36,023 nucleotides of DNA, from contig DAOVOJ010000003.1 of NCBI GenBank assembly GCA_030629775.1, forward strand, positions 1 to 36,023, read 5' to 3'. This DNA comes from Candidatus Moraniibacteriota bacterium. Lineage in GTDB: Bacteria; Patescibacteriota; Minisyncoccia; JAHIHE01; DAOVOJ01. This document shows positions 17,733 through 26,639 of this stretch, piece after piece. Position numbers and translations under genes: made by a program. Under the pieces are notes generated by a model. It worked only from the letters and a program-made list of their open reading frames with translations, was not told the DNA's origin and ran no database searches. Within the stretch, counting starts at the first letter, position 1. Each line of letters begins with the position of its first letter.

Positions 17733-19230
17733 CTATCGGGGAATTGGGGTCATAGGACTCCTTTTTTATTGCTAAAACTGGCGAAATTTCAGGGGTTTGA
17801 AATCTCTCATAGCCATAAATTGGCTTTTCAGGAAAAATCAAACCCTGTATTTTTATTTTCTGATCGTAACTGGCTTTGCTCCAGTATTCGGGAATAGTAG
17901 CAATAAAATCAAAGACATAAGTCACGGCTTTATCTATATTAAATTCTTTAATTTCATTTTCATCTAAAATAATTTGCTTATCTAATATTTCTTGTTTTAA
18001 TTTATCAAAAGCTTCTTTAAAATCTTCATCAGAAAAAAGCTCTTTCCTTCTCATTTCTATTAGTTTTACTTTTTCTTCTTTCAAGTTTTCCAATACTTTG
18101 AGAGTATCTTTCCTGTGTTTATTTAATTCTTTGTATCTTTTCTTCCAGACATCGGTAACTATGGCCTTAAAGGGGTCCAGAAAAGTTTTCTTGGGGGTTA
18201 TTTCTTCCAAGTAACGCAAAAAATCTTTTTCTAATTTTTTCTTAGCGATTGATTTTCTTGAATCACAATTTTTGTTATAACATCTGTAGTAAGGGTATTT
18301 TCCTCCCCATCTCCCAGTAGCAAAATAAGCTGTTAGGGGTCTGCCACAATAAGCGCATATTACAAAATGTCTCAAAGGAAAATTTTCGTTAGCTTGATTT
18401 CTGGAAATATTTTCGGCTCTATTTTCTCCAGTTAGAATATTCTGGCACTTGTAAAAAACTTGATCGCTAATGATGTGCTCATAATTACCTTCATACTCTT
18501 CACCTTTCACAGTCATTATTCCTATATAAAATTTTCTTTTGATAAATTTGCTCATAAGTTGAGCTGAAATTTCTTTTTCATTCCAACTTCTTAATCCTTT
18601 TTTGTTGGCCATAATTCTTAATTCTTCTAAGGTATAAATTCCAGTTGAAAATCTTTCAAAGATCCATTTAATCAGTGGAGCTCTTTTTTTATCTACTGCG
18701 ATAACCTTTTTTCCAAGTCTATTCGTTGTATTTAGGTAACCAACAGGGGCTTTGCCACACCAATATCCTTGTTCTCTTTTTTCCCTTAAGCAGTCAGTAA
18801 TTCTTTGACTCTTTGTGTCGTTGTCGAATTGAGCACTCGCGGCCATAATATTGCCAATAAACTTTCCCGTTGGAGTATTATCAATTGCTTCTGTTGTGGA
18901 AATAAGCTTTATATTTAGTTTATTTAAGAGAATGGTAATATTACTATAGTCATTAACATTTCTTGACAGTCTGTCTATTTTGTAAACAATGACGCAATCC
19001 ATTCCCTTGTTTCTCTTATTGCAGAATTTAAGCATCTCTTGCAAACTTGGTCTGTCGGTAGTTTTGGCTGAAACGCCGTCATCATGGAACATTTTGATTA
19101 TTTCTATATTATTGCTCTCGGCATAGTTTAAACAATTCTTTTTTTGCTGATCTAAGCTAACGCCAAATTGAGCTTGGTCTTCTGTTGAAACACGATAATA
19201 TATTATTCCTCTTATTTTATTTGGTGCCAT
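17695..19230 (-). CDS. Large serine recombinase (integrase)
   Basis: YYRVSTEDQ catalytic Ser, DDGVSAK, VYKIDRLSRN, GKAPVGY recombinase domain, CAYCG..YYRC zinc ribbon and coiled coil. The ATG at 19230 is preferred over the TTG at 19281. Confidence 0.95.
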   Translation of the reverse strand: MAPNKIRGIIYYRVSTEDQAQFGVSLDQQKKNCLNYAESNNIEIIKMFHDDGVSAKTTDRPSLQEMLKFCNKRNKGMDCVIVYKIDRLSRNVNDYSNITILLNKLNIKLISTTEAIDNTPTGKFIGNIMAASAQFDNDTKSQRITDCLREKREQGYWCGKAPVGYLNTTNRLGKKVIAVDKKRAPLIKWIFERFSTGIYTLEELRIMANKKGLRSWNEKEISAQLMSKFIKRKFYIGIMTVKGEEYEGNYEHIISDQVFYKCQNILTGENRAENISRNQANENFPLRHFVICAYCGRPLTAYFATGRWGGKYPYYRCYNKNCDSRKSIAKKKLEKDFLRYLEEITPKKTFLDPFKAIVTDVWKKRYKELNKHRKDTLKVLENLKEEKVKLIEMRRKELFSDEDFKEAFDKLKQEILDKQIILDENEIKEFNIDKAVTYVFDFIATIPEYWSKASYDQKIKIQGLIFPEKPIYGYERFQTPEISPVLAIKKESYDPNSPIVPPRGVEPLLLG

Positions 19231-19245
19231 GTGTTTATTGTTAAT

Positions 19246-19412
19246 TATAAAAAGGGAGCAATAAATCTGCTTTGAACTCAACTAACTAAAAAGCAGTTGA
19301 AGCAGAAAATGCTCCCTTTTTATATCACAATAGAATAATCATTATGATGACAAAAACCTTTTAGTTTTGTTGAGTTCATTATTATAATATCATACTCATT
19401 AATTTATATCAA
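19246..19412 (-). promoter_or_regulatory. Integrase promoter and structured attenuator-like 5' leader
   Basis: TTGATA (19412-19407), 17 bp, TATTAT (19389-19384). Perfect 15-bp inverted repeat 19246-19260 / 19310-19324. Alternative pairing 19273-19293 / 19358-19378. Confidence 0.6.
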
Positions 19413-19576
19413 TGCTTTGTTTTTAATGTTGTTTCTAACCCTTTTTCTTTCATCCATATATCAAAAGCCAGCTCCGCAAACTGGTATTGCGCGTCACGAA
19501 TTCGCTCAATCTCCTTATTGGTGAGACCTTGAGCATCTTTTCCTGCTAGCTTTTTAAATTTTGATAAAGAGATCAT
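19409..19576 (-). CDS. 55-aa small protein upstream of the integrase (not in the ORF track)
   Basis: MISLSKFKKLAGKDAQGLTNKEIERIRDAQYQFAELAFDIWMKEKGLETTLKTKH*; fills the gap between primase and integrase on the same strand. Confidence 0.7.
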   Translation of the reverse strand: MISLSKFKKLAGKDAQGLTNKEIERIRDAQYQFAELAFDIWMKEKGLETTLKTKH

Positions 19577-19597
19577 GACATTAAAAGCAGTTATTTT

Positions 19598-22138
19598 TTA
19601 GAAGGGTATGTCGTCAATTTTTATTTCATCTTTTGATTTTTCTATATTGAGAGTATTATCGTCACTATCATCACCTGATTTTTTTTCAATATTATTATTA
19701 GGCACTGGTTTTTGTTTGGTGCCTGTATTTATGACGGTAGTGACGGTATTTTTTGTGTGATTAGTAATAGTCAGCTCTCTACCTTTATTAGTTCTTTTCG
19801 CTGTTATTTTAATTTCCATTGAAACTAGAAGTGGTTTTATTTTAGTAATTTTTTTACTTAAAGCATTAGGTTGTTTTACCCAATATCGATCTTTTTCATC
19901 AATAATAATTTTATTGTCCATAGCAACTTTAGTAAGATCTTCTAGCAGTTCTAGCATTGTTCCTTCCCATCTATTCTCAGATTCTTCTGAATTTAGAAGA
20001 GCTACTATAGCCGAAGCCACCATATCTTCCTCCACACCCTTTAAATTTATTTCTTTAATATTTTCTCTGTATATTTGAATAAAAGACCCCTCTTTGTATC
20101 CCAATGCTTGTGAAACTGCTTCTCCCCACTTGGCGAAATCTGCCATACGCGGCAGGCAATCTATTTTTATGTTAGGAATGATAGTCATTGCCTTGGACAA
20201 GGTATTAAGTATTCCTCCTAATATTTTTGGTTTTAATTCATTAAATTCTTGCCACAAATCTTCTTCATTTTTTCTTTCTTCCTCAGCAATAGTGTTAAGT
20301 TCAATAATTATGCTGCGCTCCAGCAAGTCCGGCTGGGTAGCTGATAGATTTATGCCATTTAATCCCACTATCCTTCTTATGTTTCTTATTATGTCCGTGT
20401 CATCGCTGTATAACATTCTTTGTGAAAATCCTGATCCTGTGATAACTCGGCAAAGCAAATCAGAAATATCATTTTTAATATTCCCCAAGTTATCAAAAAA
20501 GCAGATACAATTATGGTCCAGCGTTTGAATAAGCTCCTTTTTATTATTGCTAAGATCGGTAACTTCTATACGCGAAGGATCAATAAGAGAACGAATCATT
20601 TTGAAAGAAGTTGTTTTAGCGCTTCCCTGAGGTCCATGAAAAATGAGACAGGGATGCGGAATATTTTGGATAAAAGAAGTAACGACAAAAACATAAATTA
20701 GCAGCTTGTGATTTTTATTTTTGAGATTTAAAAAATTATTAAGCAAATCAATACTTCCATTTTTATCGGGAATAACTTGAGGCAGTTGATGCTGATATCT
20801 TTTAAAGAGAATGGGCGGATTTTCAATTACTTCCCAATCGTCAGGTGTAATTTTAATGGCTCTCCATTTTTCATCAGCTAAATCAAGCCAGAATTCTTTT
20901 TTATTAAAAGCCATTCGATTATAAAGAGATTCAGTTTTACCATCAAAAATAGCATCTCCCTCTAGTACACTCATAATTTCTTTCACGGCTGTTTCAGAAG
21001 GTGTTTTTCCAAGCACCTCGCGACCTATTCTATTGACCCATAATTTGAAATTTCTATTTCTTCTAATTGGCCAAATTTCAAAATGGTCTTTGTTTTTAAT
21101 TTTTGTATAAGCTTCGTCCAAATCATCTTTGAACAGGTGAATTAATTTTTTGATTCTATTAATTATTATCTCCGATTGCTTGTTTTCTTCAGTTTCTTTC
21201 AGGTGCTCTGTCTTTTCAATAATCAATACTTGCTTTGAAAGCTTATGGAGAAGTTCATCTAGATTGCCATTATGTTTAGTAAAGTAATCAGTAATATCTC
21301 CGCCCTTGCCAACTTCTTTCGGCAAGGTTGTAAGATAAATTTCACTTCCAGTAACTCCTAGCATTTTTACTACCCGATCCGCTCCGTTTCTGCCAGCGTC
21401 ATCATTGTCAAAGCAGACATAAATTTTTTTAAACTTTCCAATTTTTTCTACCCATTTTTGCTTAAAGGTTCCTGCTCCATGTGTGGATGTAATCGCAGGC
21501 ATTCCTCTTGACGTTAAAACAAGCATATCAAGTTCTCCCTCGCAAATTACAATTTTATCTTTGGCACTTTTTAATATATCCCATTCATATACTTGAGCTT
21601 TGATTCCCGAAGGGAATGTCACTTTTTTATTTCCTTTTTCTGGATCTTGCCGTAATTTGAGAAATATAAAATTTCCGTCAATATTTTTAATAGGAATGGT
21701 AATCCATTGTTTGCCGTAAAAACTACCCCAACCAAGCTTATATTTGTTTATGATATCATTTGTAATACCTCTATCGTTTAAGTATTTTTTGATACGATCT
21801 GGAAGTGCTTGATGATATTTTTCAACCCAGTCGCTATTAAAATTAGATTTCTTTAATCCCTTATTGTTTTTATGTGATTCTTTGGAATTTACAATGACAT
21901 TACTTTTTTTATCTCCAAAGTGTTCGGCTAGTGTAAAAATATTGCCCTTCGCGCTACATTTTTTACAATGGTATTGTCCAGTTTCAATACTAAAATAAAG
22001 ATGCGCTTCATTCTTTCGACTATCTTTGTCACAGTCGCTGAAAAGACAGTGAGTTATTATTTCCCCACCTGCTTTTTTAAAGGAAATTCCTTTTTGCGTT
22101 AGATATTCTCTGATATCGACTGTTTGTATTTGTTCCAT
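19598..22138 (-). CDS. DnaG-type primase (zinc finger + TOPRIM) fused to a P-loop ATPase/helicase-like domain
   Basis: HCLFSDC...H...CKKC zinc-binding domain, ICEGELD and CFDNDDAG TOPRIM motifs, GPQGSAKT Walker A, FFDN Walker B-like, C-terminal DDIPF. Confidence 0.85.
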   Translation of the reverse strand: MEQIQTVDIREYLTQKGISFKKAGGEIITHCLFSDCDKDSRKNEAHLYFSIETGQYHCKKCSAKGNIFTLAEHFGDKKSNVIVNSKESHKNNKGLKKSNFNSDWVEKYHQALPDRIKKYLNDRGITNDIINKYKLGWGSFYGKQWITIPIKNIDGNFIFLKLRQDPEKGNKKVTFPSGIKAQVYEWDILKSAKDKIVICEGELDMLVLTSRGMPAITSTHGAGTFKQKWVEKIGKFKKIYVCFDNDDAGRNGADRVVKMLGVTGSEIYLTTLPKEVGKGGDITDYFTKHNGNLDELLHKLSKQVLIIEKTEHLKETEENKQSEIIINRIKKLIHLFKDDLDEAYTKIKNKDHFEIWPIRRNRNFKLWVNRIGREVLGKTPSETAVKEIMSVLEGDAIFDGKTESLYNRMAFNKKEFWLDLADEKWRAIKITPDDWEVIENPPILFKRYQHQLPQVIPDKNGSIDLLNNFLNLKNKNHKLLIYVFVVTSFIQNIPHPCLIFHGPQGSAKTTSFKMIRSLIDPSRIEVTDLSNNKKELIQTLDHNCICFFDNLGNIKNDISDLLCRVITGSGFSQRMLYSDDTDIIRNIRRIVGLNGINLSATQPDLLERSIIIELNTIAEEERKNEEDLWQEFNELKPKILGGILNTLSKAMTIIPNIKIDCLPRMADFAKWGEAVSQALGYKEGSFIQIYRENIKEINLKGVEEDMVASAIVALLNSEESENRWEGTMLELLEDLTKVAMDNKIIIDEKDRYWVKQPNALSKKITKIKPLLVSMEIKITAKRTNKGRELTITNHTKNTVTTVINTGTKQKPVPNNNIEKKSGDDSDDNTLNIEKSKDEIKIDDIPF

Positions 22139-22226
22139 ATTTTTAATGTTAATTGTAATGTTAATTTAGTTGAATGATAAATAGTACAGAATATTGAAAT
22201 AAACTTTCCAATAAACTAATTTGCCC

Positions 22227-22454
22227 TCATTTTTGGTCGTCCTCAGCGCGTTTTGTTATCCTATCAAGATGAAATAAGATGGCTCTTTTTTCATTTCTCG
22301 CATAATCATCTTTATCCACTAATTTGTTGAACCAGCGATGTATTGCTTGCTTGCTAAAATTTTGTTCTTTTGTAGCTTCGGCAAAACAAATATAAGAACT
22401 CCACGAGGGGTTTTTCTTTGTTATGTTGTTAAATCGTCTTTCGATTGATTTCAT
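22227..22454 (-). CDS. Hypothetical protein (75 aa)
   Basis: Co-oriented ORF with the same AATTAACATTAAAAATATG leader as the primase. Confidence 0.7.
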   Translation of the reverse strand: MKSIERRFNNITKKNPSWSSYICFAEATKEQNFSKQAIHRWFNKLVDKDDYARNEKRAILFHLDRITKRAEDDQK

Positions 22455-22492
22455 ATTTTTAATGTTAATTTATTAAGCTAACGATTATAGTA

Positions 22493-22759
22493 TTATTCGC
22501 TATAGATTCGATTTTTTAGCATCTTTTGGTTATTAAATAAAGTTCGAGCGTTTATCTTTAAGCAGTCATTCCAGTAATTGTTAATTGTTTTGCTAAGACC
22601 ATTTCTATATTTAAAAATAAATTTAATTTTTCTGGGATTTTCCTTGTCCATAGTTTTCAATTCATATCCCAAAGAAAATAAAGCGGAAGCTAATCCCAGA
22701 TCAAAGGTTGAAAATTGTTCATCGGTTTTTGAATATTGTAAATTACTTTTAATAGTCAT
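22493..22759 (-). CDS. DUF5659-like small phage/MGE protein
   Basis: TFDLGLASALFSLGYEL...FIF...YW...LKNRIY pattern typical of DUF5659 proteins. Confidence 0.7.
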   Translation of the reverse strand: MTIKSNLQYSKTDEQFSTFDLGLASALFSLGYELKTMDKENPRKIKFIFKYRNGLSKTINNYWNDCLKINARTLFNNQKMLKNRIYSE

Positions 22760-22995
22760 ATAATTTATTTTATTTAAAAGTTAAAGTTGTTTGTCGGTCT
22801 ACAAATTAATTATTATACTCCTATTATCCTACGCATATTAGTGATTAACCAATTATTAGAAATTCCCAATCTTTACTAAATTATCGCTAAAACAAAATAA
22901 AAAAAGCCAATCATAAGATTGGATTAGATTGAAATTTCCTAATAATTTTATTCTTTGCTAATTATCCTAAAATCATAAAGTTTTTGCAAATAGAA

Positions 22996-23649
22996 TTAGA
23001 TAATCAAAACATAGTATCCATTATTATATTTGGGCAATATTTTCTCAACCTCTTTTTTTGTATACCCCAATTTTGATTTCAGTTTATTTCTAATATTGTA
23101 GCAAGCCGAACTTAATCGTTTTTTTGTTAAATTACATTCACGCATTGTTGCATCTATTCCTTGTGGATTATTAATATGTTTGTATAGAAAGTTTAATACG
23201 ATTTTACTATCATCGCTAAAAGTACAAGGATTGTTATTGCCTTGCCTACAAGCGTATTTTCCATTGTCTCTAATAATTAATCCAGAGCTTCCTGGAACAT
23301 ACAAAGTTCTAACATATTCTTCTATTTTTTCCACAGTACCACATGAAAGAGCAATGTATTTTTTATTTCCTTTTTTTATTTTTATATAGCTTTTCCCTAA
23401 ATCTTTTTTATTTATTTTATGTCCAAAACATTCCAGATGTCTTAAATTAGTTTCACTAAAATTGTCTAGAATCCCATTCTCATATAAACCATAGATATAT
23501 CTGTTTAGTTTACCGAGATTTATTTCTTTCTCTGGTACAAAAATTAATCCCTTTTTATTGAGTTCATTTAGACGATATCCCTTAATGATACTTATAAATT
23601 CTAAAAAATCTGGCTTTACCGATTCTAAGGGCTGGTTTATTTCAAGCAT
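22996..23649 (-). CDS. Hypothetical protein with a probable C-terminal winged-helix DNA-binding domain
   Basis: C-terminal VLNFLYKHIN...ACYNIRNKL...NNGYYVL resembles OmpR-type wHTH. Confidence 0.55.
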   Translation of the reverse strand: MLEINQPLESVKPDFLEFISIIKGYRLNELNKKGLIFVPEKEINLGKLNRYIYGLYENGILDNFSETNLRHLECFGHKINKKDLGKSYIKIKKGNKKYIALSCGTVEKIEEYVRTLYVPGSSGLIIRDNGKYACRQGNNNPCTFSDDSKIVLNFLYKHINNPQGIDATMRECNLTKKRLSSACYNIRNKLKSKLGYTKKEVEKILPKYNNGYYVLII

Positions 23650-23817
23650 ATAATGATATTAAACTGAATTTATTCCTATTTTACCTCAAAACTAAATTTC
23701 TTTCAACCCTCCGTTCCTACTGTTTTTCGCGTTTTCTCGTATTAACTACTATTACCCCTTTCTTTTGATATTAAGAAGCTTTTTAATAAAAATACTGCGG
23801 ATTGTCTAAATAAACTG

Positions 23818-24474
23818 CTAAAACTCTCCAGCTTTCATCATCGCTTCTTTCTTTACTTCGCTATCCCACTCATTGTATAGATCTGTAAACTTTTGACCTT
23901 TTTTACTTAATCCACCTCCATAGAACATTCGTTTTATTCTTTCTCTTCGATTAGCTAACTTGATCATTTGATGAGTGTGCCAAAAAAGTCCATTCATTGT
24001 ATGTTTATTTATGGTTTGCGATTCGTAGATGATATTCGCGCATTCCCGGCACTTAAAAAAGTATTCTCCATCTGGAAGATAAAGCACTGTAGTTTTTCTG
24101 CCACAGGAACAAAGAAAGAAGTATCTAATCCCGAACATAGCTATATCTTCCTTCAATTCAATGTTTTGGTTGGTGCCCCCGTCTAAACTGTTATCTTTTT
24201 TACTAAACCATATCTCAAGTGCTTTAGGACTTCTATTTAAATCAACCCTATAAGAGACAAGCAAAGAATTTGATCCATTTTTAATATCAAAACTCCCTTC
24301 TCTTCCTTTCAATGTTCCCGCTTTTTTACTGAGCAGGTAATCAAAGTCATCCATTCCTTTAATGTTGGCAGGATATAATAGTTTCTTTCCAAAATCGGAA
24401 ATGCTAATTTTAAAAGATTCCTCAGCAAGGTTCTTTTTTGTTTTGTTTTTTAATTTTTCGTTATCTATTTTCAT
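23818..24474 (-). CDS. Hypothetical zinc-ribbon MGE protein
   Basis: FGIRYFFLCSCGRK..VLY....FKCREC..IIYESQ four-Cys motif. Confidence 0.65.
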   Translation of the reverse strand: MKIDNEKLKNKTKKNLAEESFKISISDFGKKLLYPANIKGMDDFDYLLSKKAGTLKGREGSFDIKNGSNSLLVSYRVDLNRSPKALEIWFSKKDNSLDGGTNQNIELKEDIAMFGIRYFFLCSCGRKTTVLYLPDGEYFFKCRECANIIYESQTINKHTMNGLFWHTHQMIKLANRRERIKRMFYGGGLSKKGQKFTDLYNEWDSEVKKEAMMKAGEF

Positions 24475-24822
24475 AATTCTATTATAACAGAAGTCTTAAT
24501 TACTCGCCACATTTTCTTTTAAAAAATTTGAAAAAATATTTTTTGGCTGATTAAAAGTAGTATTAGAAAAAGTTTGAAAAAGCTTTGAAGAAACAGACCT
24601 GCTTTTATACATACCTTCAATCATTAAATTTATGGATGTTAAAGTAACCACCACCCGACGCCTTAATTCCTGAATTTTATACTTCTCGCCCTAACTCCTT
24701 TATATTTATTATTTTCAATGTTTCACTTATAGATTTTTTACCTGGTAGACACTTGCCCTGACCAAAATACCATCTTTACGGATATCTTTATAATATCCGT
24801 TTTATTTTTAACTAAAAACATT

Positions 24823-25146
24823 ATGGAAAAAGAATCAACTAGAGAAAGAATGATAGAACATATGAAAGATAGAATGAAAGAAATTAAGGAAGCTAATGGA
24901 AACGAAGAAAAGAGAGAAAAATTTGGGCAAAGTATTTTAGCGGTTAGTAAAAGAATTCATTACAAAATTGAATTAAGTTGGGGCGGTCCAGCTGACTGGC
25001 TAGAAATTTTAGTAGACGAGGATAATAAAGAAATTGAAGATATTATTTATTATTTTGCCGACTGGTATGTACACGAACAAGAAAGTTTAAACGATGAAGA
25101 GTTTGAAGAAGTAAGACAATTTATTGAACCATTTATCATTAACTAA
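24823..25146 (+). CDS. Hypothetical acidic phage-type protein (LSWGGP motif)
   Basis: 107-aa ORF, first gene of the rightward operon; IELSWGGPADWL and YYFADW. Confidence 0.7.
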   Translation: MEKESTRERMIEHMKDRMKEIKEANGNEEKREKFGQSILAVSKRIHYKIELSWGGPADWLEILVDEDNKEIEDIIYYFADWYVHEQESLNDEEFEEVRQFIEPFIIN

Positions 25147-25153
25147 AAACACT

Positions 25154-25330
25154 ATGAGCAAAATTAAAACAATCAGGAAGATCTCTTATCGTTCGTGGAA
25201 TAACTTTCAACCAATTCCTTTTATCCCTTTACAGGGATTATTTTTAAAGGAGCTTGGTTTTGAGTTGGGCAGTAAAGTGAAAGTTGAATACAAGTTGGGA
25301 AAAATAATAATCACTAAAATTAATTCTTAA
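25154..25330 (+). CDS. SymE-family (AbrB-fold) toxin-like protein
   Basis: ATG at 25154; PFIPLQGLFLKELGFELGSKVKVEYKLGKIIIT matches the SymE pattern P.I.L.G.WL...GF..G..V.V....G.I.I. Confidence 0.7.
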   Translation: MSKIKTIRKISYRSWNNFQPIPFIPLQGLFLKELGFELGSKVKVEYKLGKIIITKINS

Positions 25331-25340
25331 ATCAAAACTT

Positions 25341-25907
25341 ATGATCTATAACAAAATAATAAATCAGGAACATGCTAAGCGCGCTGTTGAAATTGCTTTA
25401 TCTGGCAATCACTCCATTAAGTTTATCGGCAACGATGAAGCCGAGCAATTGAAGCAAGCTTGTGATGAACTTAATATCAAAACTATCGCGGTAAAATCCT
25501 GTAGGTGCGGAAATTTGAATGATCAGGAGAGAGATTGTCTTTGCCGATTATTTGAAATTAAGAATCATCAGAGAGGCAAGAAATATAGAACGCCAACAGA
25601 TCTAACAATAGAAGTTCTGAGAGTAACTCCCGCCGCTTATCTTAAATACGAAAGAGGCAAAAAACAGGAAAGCGTAAACGAAGTTAAAAAGCGAGTTAAA
25701 AAGGCAAAGAAAAATAAAGTTGCTGAAAAAATAACAGACGAACAAACATTACAGCTCCTAGAAATCGCTTTAAAACAATTACATCTTTCGCTTAATCAAA
25801 TCAATTCACTCAAGAGAGTCGCCCAAACAATCGCTAAACTGGATAGCAGTTTTGAAATCAAAGTGCGCCATCTCGCTGAGGCGTTACAATACAGGCAAAG
25901 AAATTAA
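25341..25907 (+). CDS. Miniature ComM/YifB (Mg-chelatase-related) homolog lacking the ATPase core
   Basis: QEHAKRAVEIA..GNH, CRCG...CLC, DLTIEV, ES..VKKRV and RVAQTIAKLD...HLAEALQYR are ComM hallmarks. Walker A and B are absent. Confidence 0.8.
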   Translation: MIYNKIINQEHAKRAVEIALSGNHSIKFIGNDEAEQLKQACDELNIKTIAVKSCRCGNLNDQERDCLCRLFEIKNHQRGKKYRTPTDLTIEVLRVTPAAYLKYERGKKQESVNEVKKRVKKAKKNKVAEKITDEQTLQLLEIALKQLHLSLNQINSLKRVAQTIAKLDSSFEIKVRHLAEALQYRQRN

Positions 25908-25942
25908 CTTTATCAATAATTTATTAATCTAAATCAAAACTT

Positions 25943-26635
25943 ATGAACAATCAAAATGTAATTCAAACTAATGAAAATTTGGAATCGTTTAAACAGGGAG
26001 TGAATGATCTTCTTTCCAAAAGAAGTTATTTCATTTCTCAAGTAATGCCCAAACTGAAAGAGAGTCAAGATTTTTATATTATCAAAGGTAAAAAGAGTTT
26101 GGCTAAAGGAGGAGCTGAAAAACTTGCCAGCATTTACAGCTTAACGGCTGTTTTTGAGAGAGACGACAACGCTTTGGAAATGTTAAGCGGAGTAAAAAAC
26201 TTAGTCGCTTTTATCTGTATTCTAACAAAGGACAGTGCTGTTGTGGGGCAAGGCAGAGGCGCGGACACGCTCGAGAGAAATAGCAATGATCCTAATAAAA
26301 CGCTCAAGATGGCGCAGAAAAGGGCTTACATTGATGCGGTAATTAGAACCACTGGATTATCCGATATTTTTACCCAAGATATTGAAGATATGAATTTAGG
26401 GGAAGTGAATACAAACAACAATCAGCAGAATTATGATTTACCAGAAAAGAAACTGTACATTGAAAATTCTACGGAAGAAAATATGATCACGAGAAAACAG
26501 AAAGATTTTTTGATTGATCTAATTTTCCAAAAAAATGTTGATGACGAAGAGGTTAGAGAAAGAGAGTTAGCTATGGTAGATGGTATGTCGAAATTTGACG
26601 CCAGCGAACTGATCGGGAAATTGCTGCCCGCCTAA
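25943..26635 (+). CDS. Putative ssDNA-annealing protein (phage recombinase-like)
   Basis: KSLAKGGAEKL, GQGRG and NKTLKMAQKRAYIDAV..TGLSDIFTQDIED, then a low-complexity linker and ITRKQ...ASELI tail, as seen in Rad52/Erf-like phage proteins. Confidence 0.55.
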   Translation: MNNQNVIQTNENLESFKQGVNDLLSKRSYFISQVMPKLKESQDFYIIKGKKSLAKGGAEKLASIYSLTAVFERDDNALEMLSGVKNLVAFICILTKDSAVVGQGRGADTLERNSNDPNKTLKMAQKRAYIDAVIRTTGLSDIFTQDIEDMNLGEVNTNNNQQNYDLPEKKLYIENSTEENMITRKQKDFLIDLIFQKNVDDEEVRERELAMVDGMSKFDASELIGKLLPA

Positions 26636-26639
26636 GTTT

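Noticed and set aside
19231-19281. Integrase start at TTG 19281
   Set aside because: It falls inside the leader hairpin. The ATG at 19230 places YxRVS near the N-terminus as expected.
24475-24822. oriT or replication origin in the divergent intergenic region
   Set aside because: Only a short inverted repeat (ACGGATAT/ATATCCGT, 24778-24800) and weak TTTGAA repeats; no recognisable nic site, iterons or relaxase.
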